64,000 bases of DNA from Actinomycetes bacterium (GTDB lineage Bacteria > Actinomycetota > Acidimicrobiia > IMCC26256 > JANYLB01), in the NCBI GenBank assembly GCA_025363815.1, contig JANYLB010000025.1, positions 1,581-65,580 of the forward strand, given 5' to 3'. The translations under genes were made by a program, and so were the position numbers. Under the pieces are notes generated by a model. That model was not told the DNA's origin. It saw nothing but the letters and a program-made list of their open reading frames with translations, and did no database searches. Of this stretch, positions 17,050 through 27,069 are shown piece by piece. Position 1 is the first letter of the stretch. Each line of letters starts with the position of its first letter.

Positions 17050-19053
17050 TCAAAGAGTTCGAGCCGGATGACGTCCCATCAGATCCAGGATCGCGTCGCC
17101 GTATCGCTCGATGGTGAGCCGGGAAAGACCGGGAACATCGGCCAGCGCAGTGAGCGTCGCCGGGCGGCTACGGGCGAGGTGGCCGAGGGTCGTGTCGTCG
17201 AAGAGCAGGAGCGGTGTGATGTCGTGGGCGCGGGCGAGATTGCCGCGCCAGTCGATGAGTGCGGCGACGAGGGCCGGATCGGCGCGACTGCCGGATTGGA
17301 GCCGAGAGCGGGCCTTGGCGAGCTCTTCGCGCGGATCGACGGGGGCTCGATTCGCGCCAGGGTCGTCGGAGATGGCCTGGTGGATCACCGCGACCCAGGG
17401 GCTGGGCCGGCGTCGGGCCACCCGCACGCCGATGGTGCGTTCCTGTGCCCAGCTCAGGTGCAGGGTCCTCTCGGCTCGACTGCACGCGACGTACAGAAGG
17501 CGCCGTTCCTCGGCCCGTTGGGCAGGGGTGTCGGCGAAGGAGATCGGCACGAGTCCCTGCTCGAGCCCGGTGACCCACACCGTCTCGAACTCCAGCCCCT
17601 TGGCCCGGTGGAACGTGAGCAGCTCGACGGAATCGCCAGTCTGGGGGCCGTCTTCACCGCGCAGGGCGGCGTTGAGATAGGCGGCAAAGCCGTCGAGCGA
17701 GCCGGAACTGCCTTCCGCGTTCACGTATTCGTGGCCGAGGCGAATGAGAGCCTCGACGTGCTCCCTTCGCCCTTCGGCCAGTTCGAGGACGTCTTCCGCG
17801 AGGTCGGCGAGCTGATGCTTGAAAGCGGTTCCCGGCGCAGCCTTCACCGACGCGCGGAGAGCTTCGAGCGCGGCTTTCACTTCGGCGCGTTCGAGGAAGC
17901 GACCTGCTCCGCGCACCCGGCACGGTACGTTTGCGGCGGCGAACGCGGCTTCGAACCCGACCGACTGTGCATTGGTGCGGTAAAGCACCGCGAGGCGCGT
18001 CCACGGTGTGCCGGAGTCGTGGGCGGCGCGGACGGCGCGCGCGACCCCGCGTGCTTCCTCATCGTCGGTTTCATACGTCGTGATGGTGGGCAGCTGACCC
18101 TCCGGCTGGGGCACCCGCACCGCTGGGAGTGGCTGACGGGTGCCGTCTTCGAGCACGGCACGCGCGGCGTTGACGATCTGGGGTGCCGACCGGTAGTTCG
18201 CGTCGAGTCGCACGACGGTCGCGCCGGGGAATAGACCACTGAAGCCGGTGAGGTGCCCCGCTTCGGCCCCCGCGAACCCGTAGATCGCCTGGTCAGGATC
18301 GCCGACGACGCACAAGTCGGGGCGATCGCCGAGCCAGGCTTTTACGAGTTGGAGCTGCGCGGGCGAGACGTCTTGGAACTCGTCGACGAAGATGTGGCGA
18401 AAGCGCCATCGCTGCGCGTCGCGGAACTCGCCATCGGTCGCAAGCGTATTGCCGCACCAGATGATGAGGTCGTCGAAATCGAGGAGGCGCCGCTTACGTT
18501 TCGTCTCCTCGTAGACGCGGTACAGCTCGGTCATCTCAGAGAGCGGCAGGGGGGGCTCGCGTCCGGCCGCGGTGACGACCACGGGATAACTGTCTGGCCC
18601 GACGAGGCGAGCCTTGGCCCACTCGATCTCGCCCGCGACCTCCATGGCGGCTACAGCGCCCTCGGCGCCTGAGGGTCCGCCGGCTTCGCGCAACATCGGT
18701 GCGAGGAGTCGGACCTTGCGGTCGAGCAGGGTCGGCATCGGCCGACCACGGTCGCGTTGGCGGGCCCGGAGCTGCGCGAGCGCGATCGCGTGGAACGTCC
18801 CCGCGGTGACCCGGTCACGAACACCGAGCCGACCGAGCCGCGTTACCAGCTCGCCCGCAGCCTTGCGGGTGAAGGTGAGCGCGAGCACGTGCGCGGGGTC
18901 GATGTGGTCTTCGCGCGACTGCCAGGCGATGCGATGTGTGAGCACGCGGGTCTTACCCGACCCGGCGCCGGCGAGGATCGCAAGGGGGAGCTCGGCCGCG
19001 GTCACGGCTTGGCGTTGCGATCCGTCGAGCCGCACGAGGAGGGGGTCGGTCAC
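17050..19053 (-). CDS. ATP-dependent DNA helicase, UvrD/PcrA/Rep family with C-terminal HRDC domain (UvrD2-like)
   Basis: ORF 17050..19296 with the start moved to GTG 19053 (VTDPLLVRLDGSQRQAV). It has Walker A LAGAGSGKT, VDEFQD, and an HRDC-like C-terminus (LIDWRGNLARAHDITPLLLFDDTTLGHLA). Confidence 0.9.
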   Translation of the reverse strand: MTDPLLVRLDGSQRQAVTAAELPLAILAGAGSGKTRVLTHRIAWQSREDHIDPAHVLALTFTRKAAGELVTRLGRLGVRDRVTAGTFHAIALAQLRARQRDRGRPMPTLLDRKVRLLAPMLREAGGPSGAEGAVAAMEVAGEIEWAKARLVGPDSYPVVVTAAGREPPLPLSEMTELYRVYEETKRKRRLLDFDDLIIWCGNTLATDGEFRDAQRWRFRHIFVDEFQDVSPAQLQLVKAWLGDRPDLCVVGDPDQAIYGFAGAEAGHLTGFSGLFPGATVVRLDANYRSAPQIVNAARAVLEDGTRQPLPAVRVPQPEGQLPTITTYETDDEEARGVARAVRAAHDSGTPWTRLAVLYRTNAQSVGFEAAFAAANVPCRVRGAGRFLERAEVKAALEALRASVKAAPGTAFKHQLADLAEDVLELAEGRREHVEALIRLGHEYVNAEGSSGSLDGFAAYLNAALRGEDGPQTGDSVELLTFHRAKGLEFETVWVTGLEQGLVPISFADTPAQRAEERRLLYVACSRAERTLHLSWAQERTIGVRVARRRPSPWVAVIHQAISDDPGANRAPVDPREELAKARSRLQSGSRADPALVAALIDWRGNLARAHDITPLLLFDDTTLGHLARSRPATLTALADVPGLSRLTIERYGDAILDLMGRHPARTL

Positions 19054-19546
19054 GGTCGCAAGATACCCATCGCGTGCAGCGGTGGGCGATGTCGCGACGC
19101 TGATGCCGCTCGGGAGCCGGGCGCGAAGCGGCCCCGAGTAGTCATCCCTGCGTAGCAGTTCCGATCTCCTCGGGGCCCCACCTCGCGGGAACGCCTCGCC
19201 GGAGGTTGCCCACCGGCGGCTTGCGCTCCTTTCGGCCACTTCCGACGACCCCGGGCCCGGTGATCCGGCCCTGCACCCCGGAAGGCGCTGCGCCATCGCA
19301 ACCAGTCAGCGACGGCCGCCCTTGCGGGCCTCCGCCACCCCCGGACACCGGAAGTGTCCTGACCGATCGCACGACTCCAGAAAACCGGTGAGGGTAATCC
19401 GTCGACGTATGTGCAGCCGGTCTGTCGACTGTAGAGATGGCCGGGGCAGGGGTCAAGAAGTTTCGTGCCGCGATCTTGTCGCAGGGGGCACTGTGAAGGA
19501 AGGGAGCCGCGCCTGGCCGGGGGAGGTGTCGGGGTACGTTCGTGCG

Positions 19547-19918
19547 ATGCCGGGAGTTGTGGTGTCGCGCGAACGGTTCGAGGAGCTCGTAGGTGACGCG
19601 CTCGACTCGATTCCCGAGTCACTCGGATCGCAGATGGAGAACGTCGTGGTGCTGGTAGAAGAGTGGCCGACGGGCGGGCAGCTCCGCGGCCACGCGATGC
19701 TGCTCGGCTTGTACGAAGGCATCGACCTCACCCGCCGCGGGCCGATGAGCTACGACGGAGCCACGCCCGATCGAATCACGATCTTCCAGGGTTCACTCCA
19801 ACGACTCGCGCGTGACGAAGACGATCTCGCGTTGCAGGTGCGCACCACCGTGTTGCATGAGGTAGGTCATCACTTCGGCCTGTCTGATGCCCGACTCGAG
19901 GAGTTGGGGTGGGCGTGA
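19547..19918 (+). CDS. Metallopeptidase family protein (DUF1025-like, HExxH)
   Basis: ORF 19322..19918 with the start at the internal Met. It has LHEVGHHFGLSD near the C-terminus and the family-typical ENVVVLVEEWP. Confidence 0.75.
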   Translation: MPGVVVSRERFEELVGDALDSIPESLGSQMENVVVLVEEWPTGGQLRGHAMLLGLYEGIDLTRRGPMSYDGATPDRITIFQGSLQRLARDEDDLALQVRTTVLHEVGHHFGLSDARLEELGWA

Positions 19919-21270
19919 ACGCGGGCACCGGGCGAACGCCGGCGTTGGGGACTCGACCGTCAGCACCTTGGCGCAACTGGGGCGGCAACCAGCGCTGCAA
20001 TCCGGAGGTGATCGACGAGCCGGCGAGCGTCGAAGACGTCGTTGAGCTGCTCCGGGCCGCCCGAGACGCGAACCAGACGGTCAAGGCGGTGGGCGCAGGT
20101 CACTCCTTCACCGACGTCGCGTGCACGAACGGGCGTCTCGTGCGGCTCAACCGGTTGAATCGGGTGATCGATCACGATCCTGTATGTCAAACCATCACCG
20201 TCGAAGCAGGCATGCGGCTCTTCGAACTCAACCGTGAGCTCGATCAGCGCGGCCTCGCGCTGGCGAACCTCGGCGACATCGATCGTCAGACCATCGCCGG
20301 CGCGCTCGCAACCGGAACCCACGGCACAGGGGCCGAGCTCGGTGGTCTCGCCACGTTCGTCCGTGAGCTGGAGATCGTGACGGCCGATGGCCAGGTGTTG
20401 CGGTGCTCCGCCGACGAAGAGCCCGAGATATTCCACTGCGCCCGGGTGTCGCTCGGGGCCCTCGGGATCATCACGAGCTACACGTTGCAGTGCGTCCCGG
20501 CCTTCCGGCTGCGCATGGAGGAACGTCCGTACTCGATCGACGAAGTTGTCGAGTCGTTCGCGTCGACTGTGGCCGCGAACGAGCACGTCGACGGATACTG
20601 GTGGCCGTACGCCGACGTATGCACCTTGAAGCGCGCCAACCGGACCGACGAACCGATCCAGGTTCGTCCTCCGTTCAAGCAGTGGCGTGGCGACATGCTG
20701 TTCGGCAACTACATCTACGGAACGCTCGTCGACATCGGTCGGATCCGATCGTCACTCGTCCCCCGGATCATGCGTTGGGTCGCGGGAGGAATCGGGCGGA
20801 GCTGGAAGGTAGACCAGAGTCCGAATGTGTTCTGCGCGCGTCGGCTCGTGCCATTCGTCGAGATGGAATACGCCATACCTCGAGATGCGCTCACCGACGC
20901 GCTCTTGCGGGTGAGAGAGCTGGTCGAGCGCGGGCACCTCACCGTCGACATGCCGGTCGAGCTGCGTGTTGCCGCGGCCGACGACATCCCGCTGAGCATG
21001 GCGAACGGCCGTGCGACCGCGTACCTCGCGGTGCATGCGTCGGCCGGCCGGCCCTACGCGCAGTACTTCCGGGGAGTCGAGGAGATCATGGACAGCTATG
21101 GCGGGCGTCCGCACTGGGGGAAGATCCACTTCCAGACCGCGGCCACTCTCGCCCCTCGATATCCGCAGTGGGAACGGTTTCGCACCCTGCGGGCGAAGCT
21201 CGATCCGGAGGGCCGGTTCGTCAACGCCTACACCGAACGGGTGCTCGGACCGCCGGGCGCCGCGTCGTAA
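19909..21270 (+). CDS. FAD-linked D-arabinono-1,4-lactone / L-gulonolactone oxidase family protein
   Basis: WRNWGGNQRC, AVGAGHSFTD and C-terminal GGRPHWGK. The alternative start GTG 19915 forms a GTGA overlap with the upstream stop. Confidence 0.85.
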   Translation: MGVNAGTGRTPALGTRPSAPWRNWGGNQRCNPEVIDEPASVEDVVELLRAARDANQTVKAVGAGHSFTDVACTNGRLVRLNRLNRVIDHDPVCQTITVEAGMRLFELNRELDQRGLALANLGDIDRQTIAGALATGTHGTGAELGGLATFVRELEIVTADGQVLRCSADEEPEIFHCARVSLGALGIITSYTLQCVPAFRLRMEERPYSIDEVVESFASTVAANEHVDGYWWPYADVCTLKRANRTDEPIQVRPPFKQWRGDMLFGNYIYGTLVDIGRIRSSLVPRIMRWVAGGIGRSWKVDQSPNVFCARRLVPFVEMEYAIPRDALTDALLRVRELVERGHLTVDMPVELRVAAADDIPLSMANGRATAYLAVHASAGRPYAQYFRGVEEIMDSYGGRPHWGKIHFQTAATLAPRYPQWERFRTLRAKLDPEGRFVNAYTERVLGPPGAAS

Positions 21271-21279
21271 GATGGGCGG

Positions 21280-21918
21280 GTGCCCCCCTATCCCGCGCGG
21301 CTCATAAACGAGGGCGAGTAGGTCATCCTCGACCTCAAGCCTCACTGGTTCTTCTTCATCAAGCACATCGTGGCCGGAGCGATTCTCTTGGTGCTCTTCG
21401 TGGCCTGGATCGGTCCTCTGCACTCGACCCAGTACGTCGGCTGGCCGCTCGGCCTCTTGTTCGTGGCTTTCGCCTGCTGGGTCGTCTACAAGTACTTCGT
21501 CTGGACGTACACCCACTTTGTGCTCACCGACCGACGGGTGATCTCGCGTTCTGGGATCGTGTCGAAGCGGGGTACGGAGATCCCGCTGGAACGAGTCAAC
21601 AACATCGATTTCCACCAGCGCCTGTTCGAGCGGGCGATCGGTGCCGGTGACCTGAGCATCGAGTCGGCCGGAAAAGACGGGCAGTCGCACTTCGAAAACG
21701 TGCGCAATCCAGACGCGGTGCAGCAGGAGATATACCGCCAGATGGAGACCAACGCGAAGCGGCAAGCGGGCTGGTCGATGCCGCCACCCCAGGCCGCGCC
21801 AGCCGTGTCGGTGTCGGTCGCACAGCAGATCCAGGAGCTCGCGGAGTTGCGCGATCAGGGTCACATAACAGCGGGAGAGTACGACGCCAAGAAAGCCCAG
21901 CTGCTCGAGCGAATGTAG
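21280..21918 (+). pseudogene. PH (bPH_2) domain membrane protein with C-terminal SHOCT domain, reading frame interrupted by in-frame TAG at 21319-21321
   Basis: GTG 21280 ..NEGE-TAG-VILDLKPHWFFFIKHIV.. is in the same frame as ORF 21370..21918. The family N-terminal motif (E-x-V-x-L-x-x-x-P-H-W) straddles the stop. The C-terminus ELRDQGHITAGEYDAKKAQLL is SHOCT-like. Confidence 0.6.
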
Positions 21919-21924
21919 GCGCGG

Positions 21925-22641
21925 GTGAGAGTGGTGTCGCTCGTCCCGTCGGCAACTGAGTCGCTGCGCGCACTCGGGGTCGAGCCGATCGCGTGCACGC
22001 GGTTCTGTGAGCAGCCGGGCATTCCGACGGTGGGCGGAACCAAAGATCCCGATGTAGAGGTGATCATCGAGCTCGCGCCCGACCTTGTCGTGGTCAACGA
22101 CGAGGAGAACCGCTACGAAGACGCAGCTCGTCTGCTCGACGCCGGGCTCACGCTCCACTCGATGTCGCCACGCGCAGTGGCCGACGTCGGCGCCGCGGTA
22201 GAAGCGCTCGCCGAGGCGTGCAGCGTGGCGTCGCCGCCCGCGTTCGAGGCCGACTCCTGGCAAGAGTGGCTCTCGGTCAGAGAGGGTGCCCGAGATCCGA
22301 TGGTGCGGGCGGCGTGCACGTTCGTCTGGCGGCGGCCTTGGACTGTTGCGGCAGGGGCGACCTACGGGTCATCAGTGCTCGATCTTGTCGGGTTCGCGAA
22401 CGTGTTCGGCGCGGAACCCGAGCGCTACCCGGTAGTGACGCTCGACGAGGTGGCGATGTACCACCCCGACGTGATCGTGCTCCCCGATGAGCCGTATCCG
22501 TTCAAGGCCCGACACGTCGCTGAGGTGCGCGAAGGGGTGGCAGGGGCCACGCCTCGCCTGGTTGACGGGCGTGACCTGTTCTGGTGGGGGGTACGCACTC
22601 CCGGCGCACTCGACCGGCTGCGCCACACGCTGGGTGGGTGA
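21925..22641 (+). CDS. Periplasmic-binding-protein-fold (BtuF/helical-backbone metal receptor-like) protein without signal peptide
   Basis: MRVVSLVPSATESLRALGVEP and DLVVVNDE are typical of the cobalamin/siderophore-binding fold. Confidence 0.65.
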   Translation: MRVVSLVPSATESLRALGVEPIACTRFCEQPGIPTVGGTKDPDVEVIIELAPDLVVVNDEENRYEDAARLLDAGLTLHSMSPRAVADVGAAVEALAEACSVASPPAFEADSWQEWLSVREGARDPMVRAACTFVWRRPWTVAAGATYGSSVLDLVGFANVFGAEPERYPVVTLDEVAMYHPDVIVLPDEPYPFKARHVAEVREGVAGATPRLVDGRDLFWWGVRTPGALDRLRHTLGG

Positions 22642-22688
22642 TGGCCTAGGGAAGCGCCGCGTCCGCGGGCGAGAAGCCGGTCAGGTCG

Positions 22689-24575
22689 CTAACGGGGGTG
22701 AACGAAGCGGTCGACGCGCACGCCGTGGGCCGGAATCCCGTCGGTGGCTTCGTCGGCCCAATTGAACGTCGCCGTCACCTCTTCGTCGCCGTGGCGCGCG
22801 ACCCATCGCGAGGCGATGTTGGTCGCGGGCGCGAACCCGTGCTCGATGTCGGGGCGCTCTGGCGAAGCGAACAGGTCGATCGGGACGAACCGGGCCCCGC
22901 CGAGCAGGTCCGCGATGTCGTGATCTTGCAGCCCGGCGCGTTCGGCATCGGTGAGCGCGGCGAGATCGTCGGCGAGGAAGTACGGCCCACCGCAGAGGGC
23001 CGCGAGCACGGAAAGGGTGCGCGACTCTTCGAGCGCGTAGCCATCGGGGGTCGAGCCGTCGGAACCCCACGCCAGCACGACGTCGGGGTCGCACTCGAAC
23101 CAGTGTGAGAGAGCGAAGCGGGCCGCGACGTTGCGCGCCTGCACCTCGATCCCATGCCACCCGGACCAGCCGTGGGTGAGCGGTTGGGGGCCCAGGTCAT
23201 GATGCATCACCGGAGTCGCGAGATCCGGACCGACACGATTGCCGTGGCAGATGCCGAGCGCCGGGAGCATGGGCATGCCGCAACCGAGCACGTAGATGTC
23301 GTCGCCGAGACCCGCGATGAATGCTTCCAGACCTCGTCGGAGCGCCTCGGTGCCGGTGACTGTCGGGTCGTAGCGGGTGGCTTCCTGCGCGCCGAGGTAC
23401 AAGAAATCGAGCTTCACCATCTCGAAGCCCCAGGCGCGCACCTGGGCGCCAAGCTTCTCCAACCAGGCCAGCGCGTCGGGGTGGGATGCGTCGAGTGCCC
23501 ACTTCCCGTGACGATCGCGCAGGGTGTGACCAGAGGCGTGGGTGAGGCACCAGGCGACGTGGTCAGTGGCGATGCCGGGCGCGTCGGGCTCCACCATGAA
23601 CGGGGCCAACCAGAGGCCGGACCGGGCACCCTTCTCCCTCAGCATCGAGGTCAACGTGGCGAGGTCGTTCGGGAACCGGTCGTTCGGCGTCCACGCCCCG
23701 TGGGCGCGCTGCCAGCCATCGTCGAGCTGCACGACGTCGAAGCCAGTTCGATTGCCGAAGCGTTCGCGGAGGAGATCGGCGTTCGTGAGGAGGGTATCGG
23801 CATCAATCGCGAGGCCGTAGTGGTACCAACTCTCCCAGCCCGCGATCGGCGCGCCGGCCCACCGTCTGGCGCCACCAATGGTCGCCGCGTGCGCGGCCAG
23901 GTGGTCAACCAGCGCGACAGCGTCGGTACCGGCCGAGATCGCGACGGGTTCGCTGCGTATCTCCTCGCCCGCGCCGAGCGGGAGCGAGAGCGGTGCGGGT
24001 TCGAGTACCTCGTATCCCCATGTCTCGGGAACGAACTGGAGTGGGGGTGTGCCGCCGCACTCGACGATCAGGGTCCCTTCCTCCATGGTGATGCGGGTCG
24101 CGAACCGGTCGGCCCCCAGGGCCTGCACCGCGAGTGCCCGGCCCTCTTGGTCGACGAGCGCGGTGTTCCACCAGGAACCACCGCCATGATCTCCTGCGAC
24201 CACGCCCGCGTACGCCCAGGAGTCGTATCCGTTGACGAGTCGGCTTCGGACATCGAGGTCGGTGACCGCGATGATCGGCGTGAGGCGCGAGACAGTCTCA
24301 TTGACTGTCGCGCGGTACCCGGTCTGGACCGTGAGGATGTCGGCGCTCAGCTCGAGCCCGATCCAGGGGCCATCCTCCGACGGGTCCCAGCGGGCGTGAA
24401 GACCGTCGACCTGCCAACGCCCCTCGGAGCTGCCGCTGTTCAGGTCGCGCGTCGCGAGGTCGATGCTTGCCGCGCCCCCATCGAGCGTGACGCCAGATCG
24501 GATCCACGCGACCCGCCAGGTTCCCTCGTTGCCGAGAACGAGATCGACATCGTCGGTATGGATGTTCTCTGTCAC
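22689..24575 (-). CDS. Alpha-galactosidase (melibiase, GH36/GH27-clan)
   Basis: ORF 22689..24671 with the start set at GTG 24575, which forms a GTGA overlap with the GH2 stop. Motifs are DVVQLDDGWQ, GLWLAPF and VKLDFLY. Confidence 0.8.
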   Translation of the reverse strand: MTENIHTDDVDLVLGNEGTWRVAWIRSGVTLDGGAASIDLATRDLNSGSSEGRWQVDGLHARWDPSEDGPWIGLELSADILTVQTGYRATVNETVSRLTPIIAVTDLDVRSRLVNGYDSWAYAGVVAGDHGGGSWWNTALVDQEGRALAVQALGADRFATRITMEEGTLIVECGGTPPLQFVPETWGYEVLEPAPLSLPLGAGEEIRSEPVAISAGTDAVALVDHLAAHAATIGGARRWAGAPIAGWESWYHYGLAIDADTLLTNADLLRERFGNRTGFDVVQLDDGWQRAHGAWTPNDRFPNDLATLTSMLREKGARSGLWLAPFMVEPDAPGIATDHVAWCLTHASGHTLRDRHGKWALDASHPDALAWLEKLGAQVRAWGFEMVKLDFLYLGAQEATRYDPTVTGTEALRRGLEAFIAGLGDDIYVLGCGMPMLPALGICHGNRVGPDLATPVMHHDLGPQPLTHGWSGWHGIEVQARNVAARFALSHWFECDPDVVLAWGSDGSTPDGYALEESRTLSVLAALCGGPYFLADDLAALTDAERAGLQDHDIADLLGGARFVPIDLFASPERPDIEHGFAPATNIASRWVARHGDEEVTATFNWADEATDGIPAHGVRVDRFVHPR

Positions 24576-27058
24576 AACAGCTCCGAGAGTCCGGGAGGGA
24601 GCACCGCTGCGTCGGCCGGGCAACAGAGGTGCACGGTGTTCTCCTGGGGGCCCGTCGTCGAATCGGTCCATCTCAGCGTGAGCGTTCGCGCCTCGCCCGC
24701 CACGAGCGAGATGCTCACGGTGCCGAGTTCAGCGGTCGTCTCGGCGCCGACCGAAAGCGCGAGCGCGCCCTCGTCGATCATCTCCTTCCGAGAACGTTCG
24801 ATCGCGACGTGCGAATCTGCGTCGGGGGGCATCGCCAGACCGATCCGAGCCCCTTCGGGTTCGGGCGCGATCACCGCGCTGTGCGCTACGTGCACTGCCC
24901 AATCGACGCGCCCGTTGGCGGCCTCGGCGCGGTCGTTCACGGTGACGACGCGGACGGAAGTCGTCCCTGGTTCGACCACCGAACGATCTACGAGCCCGAT
25001 AACCAGCAAGGGACGGCTCGCGTCACGGAAGGCGGCATAGGTGCGCTTCGGGGCACGTTCGACATCGACGAGTCCGCCACCGGCGTAGCCCCACCAGTCG
25101 GACCAGAAATGCCAGCGATAGCCCATGAAGGGTGCACCTCGGTGGGCCCGGAACCACTCGGTCTGGTACTTCGCGAGCGCGGCCCCGTAAAGCTCGGTGG
25201 CCTCGGCCCACCTTTCGAGCGACGAGTAACGCTCTGGCCGACCCGCGAACGAGATGGTCGAGCCGATGAACGACAGCCGGCTGACCCATTCACGCAGCAG
25301 ATCGGCATCGGGCGGCCAAGTCGGCGGATCTCCGAACCGGTCGAACTGCGGTCCGATCGTCCAGAAGCCGTACTCGCTGACAAGCCAGGCGGGCTTTTCA
25401 CCGACGCGATACACCGAACCGCCCATGAGCGACCCCTGGTAATCGTGCACGTCTTCGCCGATCCCCGACGCTTCGTGAACGTGACGCGAATCGTCGACGG
25501 CGCTCAGCGTTCGCAGGAGCGCGGCATCGAGGTGTCGTTCACCGAGGTCGCGTTCCGGGGTGTCGTCGGCTTCGGGAGTCTCGACGAACATGCGACGAGG
25601 CTCGTTGTGACAGGCGTAGTAGACGACGCTCGGATGGTTGTGTAGCAGGTAGGCCATCTCGGCAATCTGACGGCAGGCGGTGTCGACGAAACCGGGGTTC
25701 GTGGTCGTGCCCGAGTCGTAGAACCACTGCAGGGGGAAGTCTTGGAAGACGAGCATCCCGGCGGCATCGGCCGCTTCGTAGGCATGGGGCGATTGCACGT
25801 GGGCGTGCATGCCGATCGAGTTGCCGTGCGCTTCGGTGATCATCCGCATGTCACGGTCGTAGAAGCTCCGACCGACTTCGGCGAAGTGCTGCCACGGGAT
25901 GTAGTTCACAGCCTTGACGAACACCGGATGCCCGTTCACCTCGAGGTGGCGCGCCGCTCCGCTGGTATCGGTGGCGAGCCGTGCCGTGCGCAAGCCGAAT
26001 GAGACGCTTCGGCGGTCGGTGACGTGATCGCCGACGACGAGTGAGGCGCGCAGGTCGTGGGTCGCGGGCGTCCCGCGTGGGGAGTGAGCGGGCTCCCACC
26101 TGGCCAGATGGGCGAGATCGACCTGGAGGTCGACGCGACTCGTTCCGGGGGTAAGGGTGATGGCGACGGCGGCGGTGTTGTCGGCAATTACGAGCTGCAA
26201 CACAGCGTCGCATGAAGTGCCCGTGTGGTTGGTGACAACAGCGGCGATCTGGGCACGCCCGTCGGTCTCGAGCGGGGTGATGAACACCGCGTCGAGTGCG
26301 CATTGACCGGTGCGCACGAGCTCCACCCCACCGGTGATGCCGGCGGTCGTCATCGACTGACCCCATTCCGGCGTCCACACCCAGGGATCGCCGCCTTCGA
26401 CGAGTGGGCCGGTCATGCGACCGGGGAGACCACCCGGTCGGCTGTCGTGGTATTTCAGCGTTCCCTTGATCACCCGCTTACGGTGCGAAAAGAAGAACGC
26501 CTTCGGGTCCAGCGGCTCCAGGGGATCCTGTACACAGACCACCACTTCGTTCTCCCGAACGAGGCGGTGGGTCACGTCGAAGCCGAACGGTGCGAACGCG
26601 CCCTCGTGATGGCCGAGGTGCTCGCCGTTGAGCCAGATGTCGGCGAGGTAGTCGACGGCGCGGAACCGGAGGCGAACTCGGCCCGGTGGATTCTCGGTCA
26701 TCCCGGCCCAAGGGTCGGCGAATCGACGGCGGTACCACATCGGTCCGAAGAACTCGGAGAACTCGTCGTCACTGCCGAAGTTGTCGGGCACCACGACCTT
26801 GCGCCAAACCAGCCCGTCGGGAAGGCCGGCGGAGCCACGCGCGCCCTTGTCGGGGAATGAGGTGGACCCGGAAAAGTCGGCCGCGCGCTCCCACCGCCCA
26901 CCGAGATCGATCGTGAGTCGGCCCGCGCCTGACCGCGGCGCGTCGGGCGACGCCGCCGTCCACGGCACTGGCGTCGCGATGCCGATCGACTCGTAATCGG
27001 AGTGGGCGGAAACCGGAGCGCCGGCCGGGCGCAGGCCATCGGCGGGGAGCAGCTCCAT
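24572..27058 (-). CDS. Glycoside hydrolase family 2 protein (beta-galactosidase/beta-mannosidase-like)
   Basis: 828 aa, with the GH2 sugar-binding motif LRFRAVDYLADIWLNGEHLGHHEGAFAPFGFDVT and a TIM-barrel region. Confidence 0.85.
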   Translation of the reverse strand: MELLPADGLRPAGAPVSAHSDYESIGIATPVPWTAASPDAPRSGAGRLTIDLGGRWERAADFSGSTSFPDKGARGSAGLPDGLVWRKVVVPDNFGSDDEFSEFFGPMWYRRRFADPWAGMTENPPGRVRLRFRAVDYLADIWLNGEHLGHHEGAFAPFGFDVTHRLVRENEVVVCVQDPLEPLDPKAFFFSHRKRVIKGTLKYHDSRPGGLPGRMTGPLVEGGDPWVWTPEWGQSMTTAGITGGVELVRTGQCALDAVFITPLETDGRAQIAAVVTNHTGTSCDAVLQLVIADNTAAVAITLTPGTSRVDLQVDLAHLARWEPAHSPRGTPATHDLRASLVVGDHVTDRRSVSFGLRTARLATDTSGAARHLEVNGHPVFVKAVNYIPWQHFAEVGRSFYDRDMRMITEAHGNSIGMHAHVQSPHAYEAADAAGMLVFQDFPLQWFYDSGTTTNPGFVDTACRQIAEMAYLLHNHPSVVYYACHNEPRRMFVETPEADDTPERDLGERHLDAALLRTLSAVDDSRHVHEASGIGEDVHDYQGSLMGGSVYRVGEKPAWLVSEYGFWTIGPQFDRFGDPPTWPPDADLLREWVSRLSFIGSTISFAGRPERYSSLERWAEATELYGAALAKYQTEWFRAHRGAPFMGYRWHFWSDWWGYAGGGLVDVERAPKRTYAAFRDASRPLLVIGLVDRSVVEPGTTSVRVVTVNDRAEAANGRVDWAVHVAHSAVIAPEPEGARIGLAMPPDADSHVAIERSRKEMIDEGALALSVGAETTAELGTVSISLVAGEARTLTLRWTDSTTGPQENTVHLCCPADAAVLPPGLSELL

Positions 27059-27069
27059 GCCGATGGAGC

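Noticed and set aside
19054-19296. An 81-codon N-terminal extension of the helicase ORF
   Set aside because: The extension uses rare AGG, AGA, CTA and GGA codons and has no helicase similarity. GTG 19053 gives the normal distance to Walker A.
19270-19303. An SRP-RNA-like CCGGAAGG tetraloop context in the long spacer
   Set aside because: The conserved GGAA tetraloop is not followed by the AGCA symmetric-loop motif, and the flanking helix does not match 4.5S RNA.
20752-22263. A 503-aa minus-strand ORF spanning three plus-strand genes
   Set aside because: It is Arg/His/Pro-rich and has no recognisable motifs. It runs antisense across the lactone oxidase, PH-domain and binding-protein genes, which all have clear family signatures. 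This is a typical stop-poor antisense frame in GC-rich DNA.
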